A DNA stretch of 57,285 nt, filler included, from Catajapyx aquilonaris (taxonomy: Eukaryota): assembly GCA_000934665.2 (NCBI GenBank). It is 4 parts of 4 records of this genome, joined end to end, with 100 filler letters (N's around TTAATTAATTAA, not from the genome) between each part and the next. Parts side by side here need not be neighbours in the genome. Positions count along the whole stretch, not along the records: positions 1 to 14,198 come from JYFJ02007851.1; positions 14,299 to 28,517 come from JYFJ02007852.1; 2 more parts are not named here. One strand, written 5' to 3'. Position 1 is the first letter of the stretch. Each line of letters starts with the position of its first letter. The position numbers were made by a program, and so were the translations under genes. Under the pieces are notes generated by a model. That model was given only the letters and a program-made list of their open reading frames with translations, was not told the origin of the DNA and made no database searches. Positions 12,784-26,300 of the stretch are shown here, piece after piece.

Positions 12784-12867
12784 CTGAGGATGTAAGGGTA
12801 GAGAATAAATAAAATTAGCAAAAATCAAATGGGAAATGTAATCCCGTTGAATTGCCAAATGTTTCAC

Positions 12868-12985
12868 CTTTTGAAATGGTAAGATGTAGTAAAGACCAGA
12901 CACATCTCGACAATCATCCACTTGGTCACCTATGAAGGGTCTTGTCCTCTCACTCTTTGCTTTCATTACACAGTTGGGCATCACC
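12868..12985 (-). CDS. Arp6: Actin-related protein 6 (SWR1/SRCAP subunit), internal coding exon
   Basis: Translates VMPNCVMKAKSERTRPFIGDQVDDCRDVSGLYYILPFQK, the ARP6 N-terminal region. Acceptor ttttgcattccAG at 12986, donor AAG|GTGAAA at 12867. The first coding exon (LDNGA motif) was not found before the spacer at 14199. Confidence 0.93.
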
Positions 12986-14198
12986 CTGGAATGCAAAATA
13001 AAGGTCAGTAATGTGTGTCAGTTACTAGTCAATTAGATATCCTAATTACCTATGGTCACAATTACAGATTCCAACAGCCTACAGATTATATATTAGGCTA
13101 TTCCAGTAACACCTCAATGACAAAATAACTACCATGAACATAATTATAATAATTGTGCAAGCATGTAGTGTATAGCTAGTTAATATCTGTTAACAGATAT
13201 TGCCACATACTTTCAGGTTGATGGCTCAAGTTCCATGGGACACAGGTTGAATATGCGATACCATAGTTATCATCATGTTTTTTAGCATAATTCACCACGA
13301 AAAGTTTTATAGCATAATACAAGTACCACGAATGAGATTTGGTGGATACAAAATGCATGTGTTTCACTAATAATCCTCCTCCTCCTCCTTGGGTAGTGCC
13401 TGACCCTATAGGGTATGCAGCACAGACCTTTATTGTAACTTGTAGTACATACATCCTGCCTGTGGGCCTGGGCGATTCAAATGAATAGGCACCAAAATTA
13501 ACATCGATCAATAAAAAATAAATAAAGGTCAAAGTGCTTGTACCCAAGGGGTCAGAAGCACTACCCATTATTATTATTATTATTGTTATTATTATTATTA
13601 CTGCCTATTAAGAGCCTATTTTGACTGTTTTCAGGGCCTAAATGCCAATCTATTTGAGGGTTTTTTAGATACTAAAAATCCATTCCTTAATAATTATATG
13701 TAATTGTACAAATAGTTATATAATTAAATACTTACAATTTTATTGTTTAAGTCTTAATTTTATCTTTTTCACACTTCAAAAGTGATAAGAAATGCCAAAC
13801 CATGTGGTGGGGTCGGGGGCACAGTAAAAAGACTGGAAGCCAGGGCAAGCCTGCACGCAGCCTTATAAAAACCGTACTGACTCCAAGACAACTCTTTGAA
13901 TGGGCAAATCACACCCGAAGGGGACTACATAGAGAAGGGTGGTCCGGATGTGCTAAAGTGTCAATCACCTGGGTCAACTCCTTCACTAGTCCAGTAACTT
14001 TAGACAAAAAAGGGGTGTTTCTTCGGACTAATTTATACCCAAGGTTTTGTTTCACCCAGAGCTTTGTTATGTCATTCTAAGTAAAACCTCAAAAGTCCCC
14101 AACTCTCCCCTGTACGCGTCATGTGTTATTGGCTCAAGAAGTACATAAGTGACACTTGCCGTGGAATTGGCTATAAAATCTAAACTACTCGTCCGATT

Positions 14199-14298
14199 NN
14201 NNNNNNNNNNNNNNNNNNNNNNNNNNNNNNNNNNNNNNNNNNTTAATTAATTAANNNNNNNNNNNNNNNNNNNNNNNNNNNNNNNNNNNNNNNNNNNN
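14199..14298. other. Artificial contig-joining spacer (N44-TTAATTAATTAA-N44)
   Basis: Exactly 100 nt with a 12-mer giving stop codons in all six frames; repeated identically at 28518 and 42802. Confidence 0.97.
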
Positions 14299-14325
14299 CT
14301 GACTACCACTCATAGGGAAATGTCG

Positions 14326-14423
<98 letters not shown>

Positions 14424-14430
14424 GTTGTTG
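14326..14430. repeat. Compound microsatellite (GAT)n(TAT)n
   Basis: Directly visible trinucleotide runs. Confidence 0.97.
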
Positions 14431-16593
14431 TTATAGTTATAGTTAGGCTTCTAGAGTACTCACAATTCGTCATGGAAATAATATTTCGATTGTCTGAGTT
14501 CCAAGTTTCACAATGAAATTGCGTTCCATTTCAAGCAAATTACGACAGATGTCACCCACGGATTTCCAGGAATTCTAATGCGAAATCCGGTTGGCACATT
14601 CTTGGACATTGTCAGACTTTACGTAGCTCTAGAGCTGGATGCTTCCATCTGACGCAGAATTAATTACTCCCCCTTATTCCCCCTCTTTCCATCCATCCTA
14701 TCCATCTATCCATTCTCGAGCACACCAAACACGTAAGGGTGCACACGATTTTCAGATTCTGCCTCATTTCAAGCCCTTCTTGAAAGTCCATATATGGCCA
14801 GTTCAGCACTCGCCAGCATCAGAGCGGCCGACACCAAAAACCGCACCAAGTTTGTATTAAATTGCACTAATGGGCACTTGAGCACCTCACAGATTACTGC
14901 TATCAAATTTATGGAACCAAATTGAACTGGTTATGGAACATTAACATCGTCACATTATAGAGCCATTGCGCGGCTAATTACATCCGTGTTGCCACACATT
15001 CAGCCAGGCGGTGACAGGAAACGGTGAAAAAATGTGGTTTTTAAATAGTTCCTTTGTTTATTGCTGACCAATGACGAAGGACACTGCTAGAGCTAACTGA
15101 TATAATATAGGTTTCGCTAATTACTCATGCGGTGTCCCCAAGTTTGGCAGTCTGACATCTTGTCAAGAAATATATCTCTTGACAAGATGTCAGACTGCCA
15201 CATGGCACGCTGAAAGTGCCAGCAAATTGCAAATTCGAAAGTGTGAAACCCCGCGCGTCCGAAACAACATGTGGGCGTCATTCAACCCTCCAAACTTGCG
15301 GATGAGACGAACACTTGGCGCGTGGACGTGTGGTGCTTAGCTAATATCAAGTAATGGCCTGCTTCTGCTATATGGTGGCTGCCATTGGACCGGTCGCCTG
15401 GATAATATGGCCAGAGTTTTTGGCACATCAGACGCAGATTAGTGGCGCCCCTTAATCCGGCCGTCAGCGCGCTGGAGGATTAGCCTACAAGTGGTGGATG
15501 GGAGATGTGCCAATTAGGAGAACAGCGCACTTTCAACCCAAGCCTCAGGTGATTCATTAAAGGGAAAAGGCCATGAGGAGGATTTACGCCCAGGGGTGGA
15601 TATAAGGGGCCGTTGTTCTACTGGGACACTCAAAATTATGTTGGGCGATACTATAGGGGAAAACGGCAGGTGTATGGCGACAGTTCATGCGTCCGTGGTC
15701 TTGGTCCCATGCGAATGTTTTTGACAAATTCAAGCTTGTTTCTGGAAAAGCATTGACCTATGTGTCACCGACAGGGTTAGGAAGTTTACATTGGTTCGAA
15801 AGCGGAGCATGTTTTGAATACCGCTCTGACATTGTTGTTGATGGGATGCAAATAAGCTTTGGGTTTGAGCCTATAGGGATGGGATGGGCTGGAAAAGGTT
15901 TGAGGTGAGTGCAGAGCCAGCAGCCTGACGTGAGTCGAAAGTTAGGTAAGAGGAATTGATTTGAAGGTGCAGCGACTCATTTGCATGGTAATATTGTCGG
16001 TTTTACCAACCAAATTGCCTTATTAGAATGTGATGAAAATTCATTGATAATAATACGTAGGCAGCAGCCGGAATTGTGTATAATTTCTTATTATTACAAA
16101 TTATAATATTTTTACATTAATTATTTTAAACGCACACAGGTAAGTGATATGGGGAAATTCCATCTGTGTGACAGTCACCAACATTTTGCACTCTAAAGTG
16201 GAGAGCATTGCTTTGGATCAAAAATTACAGAATAATTATTGCCGTGATACGTGACATTAGCAGCTAAATGGACCTGCTATAAAGACCACAATTTTTTTCC
16301 CCACCTTCCAAAGTGTTCACTGGAAGTGTAAATCTCCTATTGAGCACTCTACACCCATGACTAAAAACCCAAAGTAGCAAAAAACCGGATCCTTTGGCGT
16401 GCGGGTCACGGGCTGGAACTGAGTCGCCATTGTGATGTCGATCAAACGTCACCAGTGGCCTCCGTCTAATGAATACCCTGCAGATTGGGCAACCCTTGAT
16501 GGATGACATCAACATTACTGTGCAGGGTGGTGCACTGCTCAAGTAACGGATCAACCACTATTGTTTCATCATTCTGTCACTCCCCTCATAAGC

Positions 16594-16900
16594 CATCCAT
16601 TAAAATAGTGCTTTGAAAGTTAGAGTGTGTCATTGTGGGCACCTACATCAGAGTGGTTGTAGACGGACACAGATCCGAAACTCGGAATTGAGTTATGCGA
16701 GAGTGTCCCCCCCATTGCATCCAAATGGCCAAGTTGGGTCCTGGCTGGCTTTGGCTCGGCTTTTCCTTGTTGCGGTCCGAACCCCGTGGTATGTCTGCCA
16801 AACCCACAGGCTGGGTGTGGGCAACCAGGAGATTCCCTCCCATACCCTTTCAACTCCTGGACCGCACCTCACCCCCCTTCGACCACCCTTTTAATGGATG
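16594..16900. mobile_element. Possible MITE
   Basis: Terminal inverted match catccattaaaa...ttttaatggatg with degenerate extension. Confidence 0.45.
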
Positions 16901-17339
16901 AGTTTTGCCACCCGGGCTTCCTTCGGCAATTTGTCCGGATGAGGCATTCCTCAGACCACCTGCTTTTATCACTTCAGCGATTTCTCTGGGCGTCTGGTTG
17001 GAAGTTTATCCTGAAATGTTGGTAACCATTGCGCCTCTCTTGATCTACACGTGGCCTACATGCCAGGGGTAACAGTGCTGCACAGTGAAAACGAGCTAAT
17101 TATGCAAATTAACTTATTAAAATAATGAGACTACCTTAGTTAGTAATACTTGTCAGTTTCAACAACATATCCTGCAACTTCTAAACTCATATACATGGCG
17201 CAACCTTGAGTGTTCCAACTTCCCGCATGCCTTGATGCAATTTGCTGTATGCAGAGTTTGGTGCATATTATACAGTCCTGTGTAGTATAGAGAAGGGGGT
17301 TTAGCTCTGCGGAAGGAAAGCTCGTGTATTGTGGCCAAC

Positions 17340-17560
17340 AGCGGGGTTCGAGTCAGAGACGTTTCTTCTGTGGAATTACGGCGTCATTAACGAGACGGGA
17401 ACGAGCAGTGGCGGACTGCAACATTGGGGACACATCTCATTCCAGAGACTTGCGGTAACTTCATTCGGACGGCAAATTGGGAACACTTTAGTCCGAACTC
17501 CTCACCGACCGACTTGGCCTTTCCTATGCTGGGCCCTTTTATGTGCCAGGATTTTGATTC
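17340..17560 (+). pseudogene. Short mariner transposase relic
   Basis: NWEHFSPNSSPTDLAFPMLGPF resembles mariner WEVL.HPPYSPDLAPSDF.LFGPLK. Confidence 0.4.
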
Positions 17561-17711
17561 GCTCTCGGCCATGGACTTTAAAGTATTAATGATGCCTAAC
17601 CCGGCGTTTGAGGCTAAGAGACGAGGTGACTATTAAAAGGGAGCTATAATTATAATAAGGAGATAAAGAGATGTAAAAATTCTGAATTCGTCCTCGCAAT
17701 ATTTTTTACTG

Positions 17712-17840
17712 TAACCTCCTGAGACCCGGAGTACAGTATACTGTACCTTTGTTTTTTGGTTTTTACGCGTTTGAGTTAGTCAAAAGGTGCTGGAAAAAAC
17801 AATGGTACAGTATAGTGTACCAGGGGTCTCGGGAGGGTAA
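17712..17840. mobile_element. Small piggyBac-like MITE
   Basis: Inverted ends taacctcctgagaccc..gtaca.tatactgtacc / ggtacagtatagtgtac..gggtctcgggagggtaa (decayed TTAA-CCC...GGG-TTAA pattern). Confidence 0.55.
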
Positions 17841-20079
17841 TGGTTCTTGTCTTCACGGAGAAAAGTGGAGTTATGCATTTTATTAAAACCTTTTTGGTTG
17901 AAGAGAATGTAATATGAAGTTTTTATTCTGCGATATCATAAATGGTAGGAAGCAATCTGATTACGTGAGTCATTAGCAGTTTGGCTTTTCCGCTATGGTA
18001 GAGCCAATGTTCAGTATAAATATGTGCCTGCGAGTCAGGTATATCCGTAATGGTTTTGTCAACATTTAATCCGTAAATTCCGGCATGAAAAATGCCTGAG
18101 CAGTAAATGGTAACCTTGTCGGTTTTGTGACCGCATTTAAGTTACTGTGCGGATACTGCCGAATGACATAAAACTAGGAAATGGCACTTTCTGTAGCGAA
18201 TGAAAAGGCCGAAAACAAAACTGAGTGTTATTCATTGGCGACGTTTCAAGAATAGTGATGTCTGAAACAATCTACCGCAAGGTGCTATTTCCAAGGCATG
18301 CATAAGTAAACCGTCTCATTCAATGCATTAGTCGAGAACAGCCTTTTAGAAATTTATGACGCGCCTTGTCGTTGTAATGGCATCCCCGGAAGTAGAGAAA
18401 AAAAAACCTTCCACGGTGCCTTTCTCAGGAGCCAAAGTCGTTGTCAGTTAAGATTTTGATTCCGGGAGGTGAGTGCTCTTGTAGTGTAGGTGGCGTTTGC
18501 AAAGCATGTGTGACGGCGCCAGGAAGCCAAAGGCCCCATTTCTCTCTCCAGCCCAGTGGGCTTGGCCTCTTCCCAAACAATTCCTGGGCGTCGACGTCCG
18601 AGCAAGTGGACATTTCTCACCCGTCGTTTTCCATGGAAGAAAATCTCTCCCACTAGTCCATTTTATTGCCTGCGAAGACTCCTCGCACGTCTGCCACCCC
18701 TCTTTCTTTTCTCGAGCCCCATCCGCACCCTCTCTTTCTCTCTATCCTCAAACCGCAGCCATTTTTACGAGAACTGTTTACGATGGCGCCCAGTAGAGCA
18801 CAGGAAGGCTCAAGGTCGCCCATGCACTGCTGGCTGCACGGCACTTCGTAACTCCCGTTTCATGTCCCTTGTTTCCTGGGAGTTACAGCTGTGCCAATTG
18901 TCGCTAGACGCATAGGTGAGAGGATTCAAGAAAGGTCATGTCAACTTAGCTATCTCCAGGAAAGGTGTCAAATAGTCTGAGTTAATGTTCCTCCAGAAAT
19001 TGAGAAAAAGTTTAAGTTCTGCGTCACTTTTTTGTTGTGATGAGGCAGTTATTGTGCAACTTGCTTGACCAATAGACTCAAGAGACGTTGGAGATTCTAT
19101 AAAGCAGGGATTTAGGTTGTATTTGTATATTTTATACGGCAATATACATGTATTAAGGTAAGCTAATATCAAATTTGGTGCCTCATAAATGCAACATTTT
19201 CCTTGTTAAGGCCCCCCGATCCATCCGATGAATGCTGCAATTTGAAGGAGTGGACGGAGTGGACGGCAAAAATTTTATGTCCACTTTTGACAGTTTCCGG
19301 ATTATCGATAAAAGCGGCCAACTCAGCAGTGTTAGGTCACCGGTACAGGAAATCAGCTTCTTCCTTATAAACCTAAGCCCCCTATTTTTTTAAACACATC
19401 ATCGCACGATTTGGTAATTCATTTTTATGGATAAGCGGAGCTTAAAGTATGGATAGAACACGTCAAAAAATATTCGGAAAATTTTTCTCCCATGTCCACT
19501 GAAGCTTCCATTATAATTATTGGCATCTCCAATTATCGTATACCTAAGGACAGAAAGCCAAGAATTTTTGTATTTATTATTTCAATCGTTTTGAACAAAA
19601 CAGCCCGTTACATAAGGACCACTTTCGTTTGTATGACAGCAACGGCGACAGTTAGAAACAAATCCAATGTAGCTCCAAGGCCCTGCCCTGCTGTTGAATA
19701 ACCAACTTCTTGTCCCAGGGCGCTACTTGAAGACACCTCCAACTTGCAATAGAAACCTTGTGTTACCTTCCTTGGACTCAAGTGGAAGGCTATTTTCTTC
19801 GTCCTCTACCAAACACAATGTGTAGCATAAACAAGGCGTCTCGTGAATCAGGGTGGTTTGCTTGCGGTCTTCCTTCAGGGTTATCTTACGTCACTTGCCT
19901 CCGATCTGTGTGCAAAACTGCGCTCCTGAAACTCGGAAATGCCGGTGAAGAACCGCATTTGAGAGAGAAAAGACTTCCCCTTCTTCGAAATCAAACCTGC
20001 CGCAGTCAGTGGTTATATAGCTTTAAATTCCATGAGTGTTCACTGACGACATGGCCACCGCTGAGGGATTTCTCTGGCT

Positions 20080-20400
20080 TGAAACAAACTTTAAAACAAT
20101 ACCCGAGCTGATACGCGCTGTATCTGACGTCTCTTTGAAAGTGACCGCATGCCGTGGCTACATTATTTTTAAAAAAAGCGTGGATATCGGAGGGGGGTTT
20201 TACACTGCAACGTGTGGTAAATCTTGCGTGCGGTCGATATCCTTTCAGATGATGCATTACACAGTGCAGCCAGCAGGGTTGAAAACCGGATTTAACATAG
20301 TCCCCGTCAGCTGCTAAGAATGGAGTTTCACCAGCACACTGTAATGCCGTAAGAGTTATGTCATGATCAGTGCTTCGGAAAGGAGGAAACTTTCTCAAGA
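20080..20400 (-). pseudogene. pogo/Tigger DDE transposase relic
   Basis: Frameshifted PAGCT..MHHLKG.IDR (cf. PxGCTSxLQPLDVxINRPFK) and VATACGHFQRDVRYSAYQLG (cf. VxxAWxxIxxxxIxxSFxxCG). Confidence 0.4.
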
Positions 20401-21100
20401 GTAACTCGTTAGTAGTCTGAAGCATTAAGCCCACTTAGGCCTACCTAGCACTACCTCAATTACCTTGACTTGTCCAGTCTTGCATATTGATGTCAGCTGC
20501 AAGGATACAACTTCTTGGGTAGAAATATGTCAAAGGATACCTTCCACCTTTGTTTCATCCTGGCATGATGCAACCCAACGGACATCAGTTATACTAGGAG
20601 CCGCAAGATGGCAATATCTTTTTTAAATGGGACTGCCCAAATATCTAACAATCAATTTAAAGAGAAACGCCTGATGGTTGAGCATGACGGTAGATGGAGA
20701 GAAGTGTTAAATGGCCTCATCCTGCTCCCTGTAGGAAATGTTGACGCCTGCTCTCAACTTGGATCCCCCTTAAGGCACCCTTTGCCTTTACCCCCATTCG
20801 TCTACGTCGCCTCCGTCGGCCAAGGCTCGTCGAACAAAAAAAAATGTGACACGAGTTTAATCGGAAGAAGTTACAACCCCCTTAAGCGGGTGAATCATGT
20901 CACGTTCGTTGAGACAAGGAGCGTAACATGCGAATTACACTGGATTCACAGGCCATAAAAATTCCGACGGTCGCTTGCAAGGGTCGTTTGTCATTATAGT
21001 GTAGACAACCTGATTTTTTTTGGCACTGATAGTTGACTTACAAGGCAATCCGGGGGCAATCTGGAACTAGTCTCTTGTGTAGAATACGCGGCTCAAACTA

Positions 21101-23394
21101 CAGGGTGTTTCATAATGATGGCAATATTTTACGCCCCTCAAAGTGGACATGTGGTCATATCCGCCCTTTGATGTGTATGTAATGTGACACACAATCAGGT
21201 GAATTATGGGAGAATAATGGTAAACGTCGTACATTTATGTCATAATATTATGGCAAAATGTCTCGCTGCATGTGACGTTTAGGAGAGATTTGATACATTT
21301 TCATGTTTGCGTACCACCCGCATTAATTCGACTTTGCTACTGTGCCAGATGTGCTGTAAATATGCTTCTTGTGACTGCCGTGAAGATGACGGGTAATGTC
21401 TTTTCTTGCTGTATTATCCTTTAGCCACCTTAGTATAATAGCTCCTTTGTGTACTACCGCGAGTTAAACCACTTAATTACCCCGTAAAATGAAGTGTATA
21501 CGGAGATAAAAGCTATAGCATAGGAGGGAATATGGGAACTTCAACATGTTTCTTAAGATGAATATTCCCATTAGGCTACACTCCAAAATATGGATTTGGG
21601 AGGAAAGGTGATGTGGAGATTACTTAACCAAACTATTAAAACGGATAGAGTAACTATACGCAGTTATATCTATCACTAATATTCAGACGACTGTCTATAG
21701 CTAATGCAGATTATTTTTACATGAAATATTATTGTTGTGTGTAATTTTTTTACTAATTTCTGAGATGAATGTGCACATAATTGTGTCCATGTTACCATGG
21801 AAGTTGTCACCTTTACAAGTGACGGATATCAAATTCTGCAGAAGATCCTCATTTTTGCAACAATCGTGATAACTGTATGCATAGGGAAATCACGCTTGGG
21901 TCACGCTCTCTTTCGCCATAAAGTGCGGTGATTTTGTTCATAATCTGGTGGGAAAACAGAAGGCTTCATCATTAAATTTGTGCTAGTAATGGAAGTAATC
22001 TGCTTACACCCATTTCACTACTAGACTGCGGGGGAGCTTCTTATTAATGGGTGAAGGTTACGGACATTTATCTTCGCGGTATGTTTTCATTTGAGAAATA
22101 GTTTACTTTGGAGAGACTCCATGTGCGTTAGGCCAGACCATATCTTTGGGTCGCAGGCCATTGGATTGCCGTAAGCTTTTTTTAGATCCTTTTTTAAACC
22201 CTTCCAGTGGAGGACATTCGACATCTCTGATCTCCTGCATCACCAACAGGGCCAGACTGAGAGCCCTATCGCAGAAAAGTTGGATTTTGATAACTGGACT
22301 TATAGTTTATAGATCAATTCGTGAGAGTTTAGTTGCTCTTCTTTAATGGGCCAACTGTCAAAGACAAACGCCACGTTCAAAATCCTGGGAATTGCCAGTT
22401 CTTTTGTTGCATAACTACTGTAACATGCACTCGCAGTTAGTGAGAATTCCTCAGACATCTGACAAATTATTTCATTTTATATACCGGTAATAATAATCTA
22501 CATCGCACATGTTCATTACGAAACATTTTATCAACACGTCGTGTTTAACCACGTTTGGGTTCACTCGAGAACTAAAATGTTCAAACGGATTCGAAATCTG
22601 AACACCAGCATTCCGATCAGACCACTGCTGCATTAAACCTGCAACCTGGTTCAATTCCGCTAATACCTCAGACTCTCGTGTATAGATCGGAATTGCCGTC
22701 TCAATTTCCCGAATAGAGCTTGCAGATAGGAGTGCAATTTGGAGATGGGTTTTCCTGGCTAGTGAAGTTGGCATTCCGGAAAATGAAGCCTTTGCTTTAC
22801 TGAATCCGTCCCTCTATATGTGCCTACCCGTTTTTGTTACAACTGGAACTGCACATGTTGCCACCTAAGTGGACTTCCTTTATTCCAGGTGGTCGAGCTG
22901 AGCTATTAGTTCTATCATGATTAGTTCCTTCTGTGGGTTCAGTACTGTCAAGCTTCTTGTGGAGAGGAAAGTATATGGTGGAAATATTGCTGCGGTTTTC
23001 GTCCAGAAGATCAATCGCTAGTTGGGCTGGTGGAAAAGGAGAGGAGAAGAATAAAAAGGAAATAACTGCGTATTTCATGCTCAGCGTGGTTTCTTCATAC
23101 TGACGAGATGTCTTGGCGTTCAGCTCGGGGATTGAATCTTGTCTGGCAAAGCTTTTTATTTCCGACTGAAAAGGCTCTTTGTTATGACTTTCACTCGGTC
23201 TAATTTCTCTTCATCTGTTGTTTATGGCGAACGAGTTTTCTTTATTGGTTTTTACGTTCGGAACAATATTTAACCACTAACTTGTACTTGATTTATTTAC
23301 TAGAGCTTAAATAGTTCGCTTTATGTCGATGAAATGTGGTGCAGTGTTGGCAAAACTTATTATGGGCCGTGGAACATCATAATGGAACACCCTG
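21101..23394 (-). mobile_element. Old Tc1/mariner element with transposase relic
   Basis: TIRs cagggtgtttcataatgatg / catcataatggaacaccctg. Minus-strand relics SSIREIETAIPI (HTH-like, ~22680-22730) and IQWPA....WSLSKVNYF (~22095-22170). Confidence 0.6.
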
Positions 23395-26300
23395 TCTCTG
23401 GTGTGAAATACTATTAGGCCTATACGTTTTCCTTCTGCCATATATGGCAGAATAAATGCATTTAGGCCTACAGTAGAGTTTGTCCCTTTTCATCAATTCT
23501 CATTATGCTTCATCAGTAAGGATTAATTGTTCAAAGAAAACCAAATTAATACACATCAGCTAGTGCACCAGGCGAAACTGTAGTGTAAAAAGAGACGAAG
23601 AAATTAATAATTTAACTAGTCATCCATGTTGGCTCTGCATATTACCTTTACTGACACATTTAAACAAGCTAATTGGCTATTACGTTGTTCAGTTGAATCC
23701 CTTTTCTTTGACAAGATACTTGTTAGCGAAATGTTACAGGTAGAAGAATCTTATGAAGGGACTTTCAACGCAAACATTTGTCCTCTAAGGGAATTTTTAT
23801 GTGAAAGCCTGTATGCTTGATATAACGTATTCTCATTGCTGCCGCTTATTAATAGTACCAGTACTCCAAATCCCGGGGGCTTGAAAAATATATGGCTGAA
23901 CATCTTCAAATTCAGATTTGTCTGGCTTACACACGTCATGTGTACGTCATCCTTCTAATAAAAAGTTGGTATATTCCACGACTTTTTATACCTGCGCCCT
24001 GCATTTATTATACCAAGCTATACTTTGCCCGCAGCCTAAAAACCCAGCAAAATGCTGACAGCGAGAAACTCTTCATCTTGACATTTCCACCAACCGTATA
24101 CGAAAAAGCAAGTTTGTCGCAGGAAAATGACATTGTGTTTACTTCCGGTGACAACCCGATTTAGGCTTGAAAGCGCCGGTGCTACATCCGTCTCCTGAAA
24201 AACTTTGTCAACATTTGAAGGTATGCATGGCATTCGACTTTATCATCTAGTAACAAATCACATTCGTCATTTTTAGCCACGATGATGTACCAATTTACGA
24301 AGTATAAATTGGGCGACCTTGACCTATGTACTTCCTGCGGAAAAAATACGCCCACCTGAAGGCTTAGGCAGCAAAGGGGCTGATCCGAAGTAAATCAGGG
24401 CTTATAGGTTTTTTTTCCTTTTGAGACTGAAGCTTTGAAACCTCAATTTCTCCTGAGGACACGGATAAGGTTGGGTTGCGACACACCCTGCCTGTTCATG
24501 TGACGGTGCAACTCAGGCATTACCGTTTAATTTGACCAAAGGTGCAACGCAGCAGATCAGCACCAGAAAGGAAACGCCTTTAGGAGGATTTAAGTCCCCC
24601 GGAACAAAAGTGCTAAGAATCCTCTTGGGGGGATTTTGGCGAGGTGACAGAAGTGAATGGTGGGCAGGATACCATGGAGAATTATCGTCAACTTGTTCCC
24701 TTAGCGATCCGCAAATTTCTCCTTGAACGTTCTTCGAGCTCTGATTTGTGGATAGGATCTTCGGCTTCAAATACGACTTTTCCTTATTCGCATCGTCTCC
24801 CTTTTTTTAAGAGAAGAAGGAGAGAGAAATAAAGATGCCAAATTGTGAAAAATAGTACCAACCAGTTCACACATATCTGGCTCCAAGTACATTATTTTCA
24901 TCTAGGTACTGTCATTGCGTTTAATAATAGGACGGTCATAAAGTGGTCAGATAGTTTGTAGGGGTGGCTTATAAAATGAACTTTCTTTGTGGTTTCCTTC
25001 TACTTAAATTGAGGTTTACGACGACTGCAAATCACGTTTGCATAATTGAATGGCTTTATGGAAAAAAAGAGCAGCAGCCGTATGATATAAAATAAAATAA
25101 AAGCGGGCTCGTCTACGCAAATGGAGGTAGCTTTACCGCAGAAGAAAGCAATAGCATTTATTAACGGAACGTCTGGTCCGTTTTGGTCCAAGCAAATATA
25201 GTTGTCCACGTGGTCGTGCAGTGGGATTACTTAAAGACAACCGCAGGAATGTTGAGATGGTCAGTAGCTTTGTAATTCGGGAAATGAAAACTGTGCCGAC
25301 TGATTCATGAAGGGCCTGCTGTTACATGGCGAGAAATTTAAAAATAAATAGCAGGTTGCGACATGTTTTTGTGAAGAGAAGACAAGTGTGTGCATGTGTG
25401 TGGGTAAGGCACAGTCGTATAGAGGAAGGCGTGGTGACACGAGTGCTGCAGATGCTGAGGGGCAATGGGCCAACTGGCAACTTCTTTCTGCAAACAGTGG
25501 TGTATAGGAAGGAGCAGAAGCAAAAGAAGAGGATAAAGCGCTTGTTGTTTCCGGAGAAAGGATGGAGACTTATGACGCCCACATTTTCACTCCTATTTGT
25601 GTGACTCTTTTTCTGCTCCATTCTCTCTATCTCCTGTCCCTTATCTCCAAACTTCCTCTGGCTTAGCCCTCGCTCGCAACCTCTCCCAATATTGGAGTAT
25701 AGTAAACGCATTCCTTTTCGACCATCTGGTTGGGGGCACACTGCACTGTAAAGTGTGCCTGGAATTGAAAAACAAGATTAGTTGTAAATACCGAGGTGGC
25801 CGATAGAGAGCACACAGGGTGTTCTATCTCAGCGCCATCTATCAGCAAATTATTCGGAAATATTACCTCTTAATAATTATGTGATTTATTGTATTCTGAT
25901 GTATAGTACAGTGGACTCATACAAAATGTTTTCATTTGGTAGACAGACTCTTGGCTTTAATGTTTAAATTATTTTATTGCATCGTTAAAGGGGCAAACTA
26001 GTATGCACTAAGCGGGCCAAAATATGTCTCTTAGAGGGTTATGTGTTTAAGTCTAAATCCAGGATGATTTCAGCTTAAAATTATCCTGTGATTCATAAAA
26101 TCGGGCTTATTACTTTTAATCCTGATTTTAATACTGATTTAAATGTATCCTGCAGCAGATGATATTGGAGCGGAGTAAGTACGATTAGCCGAGTTTAGCG
26201 GTGCACAGAGTTTTTGATCATTGTAGTATATCTAGCTAGAATATCTCGTACATCATCACCCACTTTGGTCGTGGACATGGTTTAACATCTAGCACAAGCT

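Noticed and set aside
14243..14254. TTAATTAATTAA as piggyBac target sites or a regulatory palindrome
   Set aside because: Centred in N runs and repeated identically three times, so a synthetic linker.
18420..18920. Cluster of overlapping short GC-richer ORFs
   Set aside because: No recognisable domain and no consistent splice signals, so a coding call cannot be supported.
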